DNA of 64,000 nucleotides, taken from assembly GCF_963921235.1 (NCBI RefSeq), contig NC_086097.1, forward strand, positions 176,082,001-176,146,000, in the 5' to 3' direction. This document shows, piece after piece, positions 50,427 through 60,950 of this stretch. Positions within the stretch are counted from its first letter, which is position 1, and each line of letters opens with the position of its first letter. The notes beneath the pieces are model-generated. The model did no database searches, was not told where the DNA came from, and saw only the letters and a list, made by a program, of their open reading frames with translations. A program made the translations under genes and the position numbers. The DNA is from Mobula hypostoma. Lineage: Eukaryota.

Positions 50427-50929
50427 ACATGTCACCATTTACAACCCTGAGATTAATTTTCCTGTGGGAATACTCAGCAAATCTGTAGAATAGTAACTAC
50501 AACAGAGTCAATGAAAGATCAAGTGGTGTGCAAAAGACAACTGTGAAAATGCAAATATAAATAAATAGCAATAAATAATATGTGATAACAAAATAAAGAG
50601 TCCCTCAAAGAGAGATCATTAAAGAGGAACATCTCAATGGATGGCTAACTGAGTGTAGTTATTCCCTTTTGTTCAAGAGTCTGATAGTTGAGGGGTAATA
50701 ACTGTTCTTGAACCTGGTGATGTGAATTCTGAGGCCCTTACCTGATGGCAGCAGTGACAAAAGATCATGGCCTGGGTGGTGGGAATCTCTGATGATGGAT
50801 GCTGCTTTCCTGTGGCAGTGTTTCATGTAGATATGCTCAATGGTTGGGAGGGCTTTAGCAATGATGTACTGGGCCAAAACCACTAATTTTGTAGGAGTTT
50901 CCATTCAACAGCATTCTATACCAAGCCAT

Positions 50930-51120
50930 GGGGTGTATGGGGTGTCAGGGAGGGGTAGCACCATTGGTGGGGAACATGTCGTGTCCTTTTCAAGGCGGTT
51001 AGTCCACCTTCGGTCCCCACCTGGCACTCAGCTATCACTTTGTGGCTCCTCGTAGCTGTTTGCATGTGACAGAGGCCACATCCCGGGCAACGGCTTCGAC
51101 AAGCCGGCTAAACCAGGTGA
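50930..51120 (+). ncRNA. HDV-like self-cleaving ribozyme
   Basis: P1 GGGGTGT/ACATCCC (51078-84); P2 TCACTTTGT/ACCAGGTGA; P3 GGC/GCC; L3 TCCTCG..; P1.1 CC/GG; GCAA; P4 CGGCTT/AAGCCG; J4/2 G-C(51108)-TAA. Confidence 0.8.
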
Positions 51121-51502
51121 GGGTAGCCGATGGGTCTCAAACCCTCGGTGAGATAGGGAGTTGTCTATCTCAGCATGTGAAGACAGACTCCGGCGGATTG
51201 AGCGGATGAGACCACTGGAAGGTCCAACAGTCAAGAAGGCGGTCTCTGCAAGCATTGTGGAATGTGTAGAGCAGGACAAGACACAGAAAACGTCCTGGTC
51301 ATCCACTGCACCTAGTCCCATCTCCAGCCGTCTCGACTCTGTCTTGCCACTGGATCCAGATGGGAATTGGGAAGAGAGAGTGAGGCTGACGCTGCGCAAC
51401 TCTCCCTCACTTAAATCCAAATCACGCGCTAGTCTCGACACCATCGCAATGGTGTCGAGGTCCTCATTGACATTGACGATGGATGAACATCACATCATCA
51501 TC
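50931..51502 (+). mobile_element. Non-coding non-autonomous RTE-type retroposon, full length
   Basis: Perfect 13-bp TSD ATACCAAGCCATG (50918-30, 51503-15); (CAT)n tail; 5' start shared with the RTE at 14110; inserted in a minus-strand Rex1 fragment (~50065-52460). Confidence 0.85.
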
Positions 51503-53123
51503 ATACCAAGCCATGATGCAGTCAGTGAAATCACTGCCCACTGCACTTCTATAGAAGTTTGTTAAAGTTTTAGGTGTCAAGCTGAAGTTCTGCAGTTTCT
51601 GAAGGAAGTATAGGTTCAACCATGCTTTCTTCAAAATTGCATTTATGTGCTGACTCCAGGACAGATCCTCTGAAAATGGTAACACACAGGAATTTAAAAT
51701 TACTAACCTTCTAAACTTCTGATCCTTTGATGAGGGCTGGCTCATGGATCTCCGGTTTCCCTCTCCTTCCTCTACAATCAGTTCCTTGGTCTTGCTGACA
51801 CTGAGTGAAAGGTTGTTGTTAGGACATCACCTAGTCAAATGTTCAATCTCCCTTCTGTATGCTGATTCATCACTACCTTTGATTTGGCCTAAAAAAAGTG
51901 GTGTTATCAGCAAATTTGAGTATGGTATTGGAGCTGTGCTTAGCCACGCAGTCATTGGTGTAAAGCGAGTAGAACAGGGGGCTACACACACAGCCTTGTG
52001 GTGTACCTGGGCTGATGGAGATTGTGGAGGGAATGTTGCCAATCCGAACTGACTGGAGAAGACAGGAAATCTAGGATCCAATTGCACATGGAGGTATTGA
52101 GGACAAGGTATTGGAGTTTATTGTTTAGCTTTGAGGGGATAATAGTATTGCATGCTGTGTAGTCAACAAAGAGCACCCTGATATATGCATCTCTGCTGTA
52201 CAGATGCTCCAGGATTGAGTGACGAGCCAATGAAATGGCATCTGCTCTGGATCTGTGGCTCTAGTAGGCAAACTGGAGTGAACTCAAGCTTCCTCTCAGG
52301 CAAGGGCTGTTATGTTTCATCACCACCCTCTCAAAACACTTCATCACTGTGGATGTAAGTGGAAATGGTCTATAGTCATTGAGGCAGGTCACCATGCTCT
52401 TCTTGGGCACTGGTATAATTGAAGGCAGCTTGAAGCAGGAGGGTACCACACACTGCCAAAATGAGAGGTTAAATACTATGAGGAAGTGAGAAATTAAGTA
52501 CATTGAGGTAGTAAAGAGAAACCAGAATGTAGAATACAGTACTGAATAAAACTGAGATGATATTGCATACGTCAGTACCATGCACTAGGAGTACTCAGAG
52601 GCCCTGTTTAAACTGGGGAACAAGACCACTACATCACATGTCATGGCATATGATATGAAATTTGTCTAGTGTCAAAACATAACAATCACTATAAATTACA
52701 AGGATAAATAAACAAAGCAAATAAAAACAAAGTGGTTTTCTTGGGTTCATGAACTGTGCAGAAACCTGATGACTGGGAGGAAGAAGCTGTTCCTAACTCA
52801 TTGAGTGTGGATGATCAGACTCCCTGAACCTCCTCTTTTTTATGCACAATTGATAAGGAGAACTTGACACACCTACTGTACACAAGCCCCCACATCTCTG
52901 GCTGACCCTGTAATTTCAGTCTCTGAGACTGACATCAGGGCATCCTTCAAGAAGTTAAATCCATGAAAAGTGTCCGATCCAAACAGGGTACACGCTCAAG
53001 TACTTAAGATTTTTGGAGACCAACTGGCTGAAGATTTTACAAACATATTCAATCTCTCACTCCTGTGGTCTGAGGTTCCCACCTGCTGCGGAAAGTCATC
53101 TATTCTACCAGTGCCCAAGGTGA

Positions 53124-56100
53124 ATTTCTGATTTTTGGAAAAAAGGCAGTTTTTACCACTCGGGGTAAAAGAGAGGCAAGACTGTGTAGGCGCATGACGT
53201 CAGCTAGTAGAGCGCGAAAGGTTTAAAAAGAAGACCGCCATATCCAGTGGGCAGTGTTCGGAGCGGGCAGCGGAGTGAGAGTCAGCAGAGTGATAGGGCT
53301 TTGGCTCAATGGTCTTAGGCGGTAATGGGACAAGGTGAGGTAGGTTTACTGGAGTCATTTGCGGAAAGGAGGAAGTATGTGTGTGAGGCCAGTTTTCTGT
53401 GCTCGGTGTCAGATGTGGGAGGTCCTGGAGTCTCCCAGCTTCCTGGATGGCCATATCTGCACCCAGTGTGTCGAGCTGCAACTCCTAAGGGACTGAGTTA
53501 GGGAACTGGAGATGCAGCTCGATGACCTTTGTCTGGTCAGGGAGAGTGAGGAGATGATAGAAAGGAGTTAAGGCAGGTGGTCACACTGGGGCTACGGGAG
53601 ACAGACAAGTGGGTCACAGTCAGGAGGGGCAAGGGGAAGAGTCAGGTACCAGAGAGTACCCCTGTGGCAGTACTCCTTGACAATAAGTACTCCTGTTTGA
53701 GTACTGTTGGGGGAAGCAACAGTGGCCGTACCTCTGGCACAGAGTCTGGCCCTGTGGCTCGGAAGGGTAGGGAAAGGAAGAGGAAGGCAGTAGTGATAGG
53801 GGACTCGATAGTTAGGGGGTCAGACAGGTGATTCTGTGGACACAGGAAAGAAACTCTGATGGTAGTTTGTCTCCCAGGTGCCAGGGTCCGGGATATTTCA
53901 GATCGCGTCCAAGATATCCTGCAGTGGGAGGGAGAACAGCCAGAGGTCGTGGTACATATTGGTACCAATGACATAGGTAGGAAAAGGGAGGAGGTCCTGA
54001 AAAAACAGTACAGGGAATTAGGAAGGAAGTTGAGAAGCAGGACCGCAAAGGTAGTAATCTCAGAATTACTGCCTGTGCCACGTGACAGTGAGAACAGGAA
54101 TAGAATGAGGTAGAGGATAAATACGTGGCTGAGGGATTGGAGCAGGGAGCAGGGATTCAGATTTCTGGATCATTGGGACCTCTTTTGGGGCAGGTGTGAC
54201 CTGTACAAAAAGGATGGGTTGCACTTGAATCCCAGGGGGCCCAATATCCTGGCGGGGAGGTTTGCTAAGGCTACTGGGAAGAGTTTAAACTAGAATTGTT
54301 GGGGGGTGGGAACCGAACTGAAGAGACTGGGGAAGAGGAGGTTGGCTCACAAACAGAGAAAGCTCATAGACAGTGCGAGAGGGAGGATAGGCAGGTGATA
54401 GAGAAGGGATGTGCTCAGACCAAAAGTTTGAGATGCATCTATTTTAATGCAAGGAGTGTTGTGAACAAAGTGGATGAGCTTAGAGCGTGGATCAGTACTT
54501 GGAGATATGATGTGGTGGCCACTACAGAGACTTGGATGGCTCAGGGACAGGAATGGTTACTTCAAGTGCCCAGTTTTAGATGTTTCAGAAAGGACAGGGA
54601 GGGAGGCAAAAGAGGTGGGGGCGTGGCACTGTTGATCAGAGATAGTGTCATGGCTGAAGAAAGGGTGGACGCCATGGAGGGATTGTCCACGGAGTCTCTG
54701 TGGGTGGAGGTTAAGAACAGGAAGGGGTCAATAACTCTGCTGGGTGTTTTTTATAGGCCACCCAATAGTAACAGGGATATCGAGGAGCAGATAGGGAAAC
54801 AGATCCTGGAAAGGTGTAATAATAACAGAGTTGTCGTGTTGAGAGATTTTAATTTCCTAAATATCGATTGGCATCTCCCTAGAGCAAGGGGTTTAGCTGG
54901 CGTAGAGTTCGTTAGATGTGTTCAGGAAGGTTTTTTGACAGAATATGTAGATAAGCCTACAAGATGAGAGGCTGTACTTGATTTGGTATTGGGAAATGAA
55001 CCTGGTCATGTGTCAGATCTCTCAGTGGGAGAGTATTTTGGAGATAGTGATCATAATTCTATCTCCTTTACAATAGCATTTTGGAAAGAGATAGGAACAG
55101 ACAAGTTAGAAAAGTGTTTAATTGGAGTAAAGGGAATTATGAGGCTATCAGGCAGGAAATTGGAAGCTTAAATTGGAAACAGATGTTCTCAGGGAAAGGT
55201 ATGTAAGAAATGTGGCAAATGTTCAGGGGATATTTGCGTGGAGTTCTGCATAGGTACATTCCAAGGAGACAGGGAAGTTATGGTAGGGTACAGGAACCTT
55301 GGTGTACAAAGGCTGTAATAAGCCCAGTCAAAAAGAAAAGGAAAGCTTACAAAAGGTTCAGAGAGCTAGGTAATTTTAGAGATCTAGAAGATTATAAGGC
55401 TAATAGGAAGGAGCTTAAGAAGGAAATTAGGAGAGTCAGAAGGGGCCATGAGAAGGCCTTGGCAGGCAGGATTAAGGAAGACCCCAAGGCATTCTACAAG
55501 TATGTGAAGTGCAAGAAGATAAGACATAAAAGAATAGGACCTATGAAGTGTGACAGTGGGAAGGTGTGTATGGAACCGGAGAAAATAGCAGTGGTACTTA
55601 TTGAATACTTTACTTCAGTACTCACTATGGAAAAGGATCTTGGTGATTGTAGTGATGACTTGCAGCAGACTGAAAAGCTTGAGCATGTAGATATGAAGAA
55701 AGAGGATGTTGCTGGATCTTTTGGAAAGCATCAAGTTAGTTTAAGTCACCAAGACCGGATGAGATGTACCGCAGGCTACTGTGGGAAGCGAGGGAGGAAA
55801 TTGTTGAGCCTCTGGCGATGATCTTTGCATCACCAATGGGGACGGGAGAGGTTCTGGAGGATTGGGGGGTTGCGGATGTTGTTCCTTTATTCAAGAAAGG
55901 GAGTAGAGATAGCCGAGGAAATTATAGACCAGTGAGTCTTACCTCAGTAATTGATAAGTTGATGGAGAAGATCCTGAAAGGCAGGATTTATGGATATTTG
56001 GAGAGGTATAATATGATTAGGAATAGTCAACATGGTTTTGTCAAGGGCAGGTTGTGCCTTATGAGCCTGATTGAATTTTTTGAGGATGCGACTAAACACT

Positions 56101-57300
56101 TTGATGAAGGAAGAGCAGTCGATGTAGTGTATATGGATTTCAGCAAGGCACTTGATAAGGTACCCCATGCAAGGCTTATTGAGAAAGTAAGGAGGCATGG
56201 GATCCAAGAGGGCATTGTTTTGTGGATCCAGAACTGGTTTGCCCACAGAAGGCAAAGAGTGGTTGTAGACGAGTCATATTCTGTGTGGAGGTCGGTGTCC
56301 AGAGGTGTGCCTCAGAGATCTGTTCTGGGACCCTTACTCTTCATGATTCTTATAAATGACCTCGATGAGGAAGTGGAGGGATGGGTTAGTAAGTTTGATG
56401 ATGACACAAAGGTTGGAGGTGTTGTGGATAGTGTGGAGGGCTGTCAGAGGTTACAGTGGTTCATTGATAGGATGCAAAACTGGGCTGAGAAGTGGTAGAT
56501 GGAGTTCAACCCAAATAAGTGTGAAGTGATTCATTTTGGTAGGTCAAATATGATGGCAGAATATAGTATCAATGGTAAGACTCTTGGTAGTGTGGAGGAT
56601 CAGAGGGATCTTGGGGTCCAAGTCCATAGGACGCTCAAAGCAGCTGTGCACGTTGACTCTGTGGTTAAGAAGGTGTATGGTGTATTGGCCTTCATCAATG
56701 ATGGAATTGAGTTTAGGAGCTGAGAGGTAGTGTTTCAGCTATATAGGACCCTGGTCAGACCCTTTTGGAGTATTGTGCTCAGTTCTGGTCGTCTCACTAT
56801 ATGAAGGATGTGAAACCACAGAAAGGGTGCAGAGGAGATTTACAAAGATATTGCCTGGATTGGGGAGCATGCCTTATGAGAAATAGGTAGAGTGAACTTG
56901 GCCTTTTCTCCTTGGAGCGCCAGAGGATGAGAGGTGACCTGATAGAGGTGTATAAGATGATGAGAGGCATTGATATTGTGGATGGTCAGAGACTTTTTCC
57001 CAGGGCTGAAATGGCTGGCACTAGAGGGCACAGGTTTAAGGTGCTGGGGAGTAGGTACAGAGGAGATGTCAGGGGTAAGTTTTTCACTCAGAGAGTGGTG
57101 AGTGCATGGAATGGGCTGCTGGCAATGGTGGTGGAGGCGGATACGATAGGGTCTTTTAAGAGACTTTTGGATAGGTACATGGAGCTTAGGAAAATAGAGG
57201 GCTATAGGTAAGCCTAGTAATTTCTAGGGTAAGGACATGTTCGGCACAATTTTGTGGGCCGAAGGGCCTGTATTGTGCTGTAGATTTTCTATGTTTCTAT
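53124..57300 (+). mobile_element. Apparently full-length CR1 LINE (5' UTR, ORF1 zinc finger + SGNH esterase, ORF2 APE-RT), inactivated by stops and frameshifts
   Basis: ORF1 MCVRPVFCARC from 53377; IYFNARS, YRPPNS, NYRPVSLTS, YMDFSKA, KFDDDTK; (TTTCTATG)n tail. Splits a Rex1 fragment (~52860-58400). Confidence 0.95.
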
Positions 57301-58964
57301 GACCTGTATCAATAACTGCCATCGGTAGCACTTTCATCAACCATAATAAAGGGTTTTGAGAAGTTGGTTATGGTGCAAATCAACTCTTGCCTGGCTCCAC
57401 TTCATTTTGCCTACTGCCACAACAGGTCAACAGCAGAATTCTTTACATTCTGCTTTGGACAACAAGAAGTCGTATGTCAGGCTGCTGTTCATTGACCGTA
57501 GCTCAGTGCTCAACACAGTCATCCTATTCAAACTCATCATAAAGTTTCAATCCCTGGGGCTCTGTAGCTGACCCTGAAACTGGATCCTGAACTTCCAATT
57601 TGGCAGACCACAGTGTTGATAACGACATCTGCTTCTCTTTTTCCATCAATACAGGTGCACATCAAGTTCACAAGCTTAGTCCCTTGTTCTTGTCTCTATG
57701 CACGCAGGATTGTTTGGCTAAGTACAGCTATAATGCCACTTACAAATTCAACGAGGATGCCATAGTTGTTGGATGAATTACAGGTAGCAATGAGTCACCA
57801 TAATTGAGCGAGCGAGAACACCAGGTGGTGTGGTGCACAATAACAACCTCTTACTCAATGGCAATACAAGTAAATAGCTAATTGTTGATGTCAAGAATGA
57901 GAAGGAGGACAAACATGCACTAGTATACATTGGGCGATCGGCAGTGGAGAGAGTCAGCACAGTAAAATTCCTTGGCATTGACATATTGGATCACCTGTCC
58001 TTTGCTCAGCACGTAGATACGAGCACACGAAAAGCATGCCAGAGTCTTTGCTTACTGAGGAGGTTCAGGAGGTTTGGCTTGTTACCCAACACTCTAACAG
58101 ACTTCATCAGATGTATTGCTGAAAGTGTCCTTACTGGTAACATCATGGTCTGGTTAGGCAATTCAAATGCACAGGAATGTGAGAACTGCAGAGAGTAGTG
58201 AACCCATAAACATTACCTCACTACTTTTTAAAAAATATTATTTCTATTTTTTGCACTACTTATATAATTTAATTAATATCTATATATATTTACTGCAATT
58301 GACAGTATTTTTCTATTATTATGTATTACATTGTATTTGATGCCGCAAGGTCAACAGTTTTCACGACACATGCTGGTGATATTAAACCTGATTCTGATTC
58401 TCTACCTCCTGTCTGATGGTAACAGCAAAAAGAAGGTATGGTCCAGATGGTGTGGATCTTTAGTGGGGAACTGCGGATTTTTGTGTTTCTGTGCTTTGGA
58501 ACTGCCATACTATGCTCTCTGCCTTCCTGTGGAGTGAATTACTTTGGTGTGTCCCTATACTCATTACGCAAGTCTGACTCATAAGCAAAAGAGAAAAACA
58601 ACACAAGTCAGGCAGTATCAGTAGAGGGATGAACAGAGTACCCTTTCGATGAAACCTTAACTCCTCTCCTTCACAGATGTAATGTGACTTGCTGTGAATT
58701 CCCACCATTTTCTGTTTTTAGTTCAGATTTTCTCAGATTAGCAACTGATTGATTTTCAATTCATTCATGGCACAAGATTGAACAGATCTTGTTTTTTTTC
58801 CCCACCCAGTTAAATGCTTATTGGACATTTTGGAAGGAATGGATTTTAATCCAGAAATGAGTCTGCACTAGTTCTCTGCAATAAAATGAAGAAACACTTC
58901 ATTCTGTGAACGTGACAGGAGCTCCCAGAGGCATTGAATAAAGCTAGAGACCACTATTATGTTG

Positions 58965-59180
58965 TCTGTCTAAAGGTTGTGAGTTCAAGTCCCACTTGAC
59001 ATCTAGGTTACAAACTCTTAACTGCTGCTCTGGTGTACTGTCCATTGTCCTACCTTTTGGAAGAGATGTAAAGCAAGACACCATCTGTGCTGTTGCTGGA
59101 CATAAAAATTCCACAGGCTTGAGAAAGAGGTGTGAAATCCTTCCCAGCAGCATGACCAGTATTTATAGTCCAAATAACTT
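58965..59180 (+). mobile_element. Ancient Deu-domain-like SINE remnant
   Basis: GTGAGTTCAAGTCCCAC B box, then sequence resembling my recollection of the Deu domain (GAGATGTAAAGCAAGAC..TGGACATAAAAATTCCA..ATTTAT). Confidence 0.5.
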
Positions 59181-59209
59181 CACTGAATCAACAGCTGCTA
59201 TTCCTTCTG

Positions 59210-59700
59210 GGTAGTCTATAACCTGACGGCTTGGATATCAATTTCTCTAAATTTGGTAACCACTCTCTTCTGTTCCCCCTCACCTCTTTTGTTTGTCTCC
59301 CATTCTAGCTGCTCTGTCACCCTTTTCTTCTCTTCCCCCACCCTCATTTGTCCATCACCTCCTTCTGGTTCCCCATTTCCTTCTCTTCATTCCATGGTCC
59401 ACTGTCCCTTCCTATCAAATTGCTTTTACTACAGACCTTTACCTCTTTCACATATCACCTCCCAGCTTCTCACAAAGTCCTCTGTCCCATACCCATCGAC
59501 CTTCCCCACCTTCACTTATCACTTGCCAGCTTGTCCCTGTCCTCCTCCTCCGCCATCTTATTCTGGCTTCTGCCTCCTTCTTTCCCAGTCCTGATGAAGG
59601 GTCTCAGCCCAAAATGTCAACTGTTCTTTACTCTGCACAGATGCTGCCTGACCAGCATTTTGCTCGAGTTACTCAAGATTTCTGGCATATGCTGAATCTC
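59210..59700 (+). mobile_element. Old Penelope-like pseudo-LTR with decayed hammerhead (59587-59622)
   Basis: GATATCAATTTCTCTAA start, pyrimidine-rich body, AGTC-CTGATGA-AGGGTCTCAGCCC-AAAA-TG-TC-AACT. Confidence 0.8.
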
Positions 59701-60343
59701 TTAGGACATAACACATAGAACAGCACAGCACAGCATGGGTCCTTTGGCCTGTGATATCGTTCTGATCTTTATAAACCTACTCCATGATCAATTTAACCCC
59801 TCCTTCCTATAAAACTCACAACCCTCCAATTTAAAAAAAAATGTCCCTAATGCGTAAGCCTCAGCCAATTATTCCCAGACTCCTATTATCTGAGTTATCT
59901 GGAAAACATTGCATGTGGGATCTTGTTCTTTACAAGTTTTTTGGCTTGCTTCCTTTCAGTGCAACCAGTTGTGGACTCAACCAGCTCCATCATGGGCACA
60001 ACTCTCCTGCCAGCCCTATCCCTACCACTGGGGACATCTTCAAGAGAAAATGCCCCAGGAAGGTGGTGTCTGTCAGTCAGAACCCTCACCACCTGGGACG
60101 TGCTTTCTTCTTGTTACTACCATTACAGAGGAGCTGAAGTTACACACTCATCAATTCAGGAACAGCTTCTTCCCTTTTGCTTTCAGATTTCTGAACAGTT
60201 CGTGAACCCATGAACACTATCTTGTTAGTCTGTTTTCTCTACACTATTTATTTATATTTTCTAATTAAAAGTAAATTTTATGACCTTGCACTTACTACTT
60301 TTGCAAAACAACAGCTTTTCGTTAATTTAGTATTTGGTAATAA

Positions 60344-60548
60344 TGTAGGTTTTTACAAATAAAACGGTAGAGGGATTTTACATTTCAGAGAAGCTACAAC
60401 AACTCATTTGTTGAACACCAAAAAACTGAACAGAAAGTGTGCTAGAAGTCACTTATGTAACTACCTCATCCCGTCAGACCCGCCTCCTAAAAGTGAACGT
60501 CAACACAATGATGGTGGTTGTGAATTCTGTGCATTTCCACTCTTTACA
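60344..60548 (-). mobile_element. Probable 3' LTR of the adjacent Gypsy element
   Basis: TGTA...TACA termini; purine-rich CTAGGAAGAGTAA immediately precedes it on the minus strand; lies downstream of the integrase. Confidence 0.5.
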
Positions 60549-60567
60549 TTACTCTTCCTAGAATGTG

Positions 60568-60950
60568 TGGGGATCTCATTGAAACCTACCGAATGTTGAA
60601 AGGACTAGATAGGGTGGATGTGGAGAGGATGTTTCCTGTGGTGGGGGTATCCAGAACTAGAGGGCACAGCCTCAAAATTAAGGGACGCTCTTTTAGGACA
60701 GAGGTAATGAGGAATTTTTTAGCCAGAGAGTGGTGAATCTGTGGAATGCTCTGCCGCAGACTGTGGTGGAGGCCAAGTCCATGCGTATAGTTAAGGTGGA
60801 AATTGATAGTTTACTGATTGGTTAGGGCATTAAAGGATATGGCGAGAAGGCAGGTGTATGGGATTGAGAGGGATCTGGGATCAGCCATGATGGAATGATG
60901 GAGCGGACTTGATGGGCTGAATGGCCTAATTCTGCTCTTATGTCTTATGG
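60568..60950 (+). mobile_element. CR1 3' fragment inserted in the Gypsy element
   Basis: GDLIETYRMLKGLDRVD..SRTRGHSLK-like sequence; TCTTATGG tail. Confidence 0.85.

Noticed and set aside
51028..51565. 134-138-aa ORFs over the ribozyme-headed element
   Set aside because: No domain similarity; one crosses the element boundary and the other is antisense; consistent with chance frames in GC-rich sequence.
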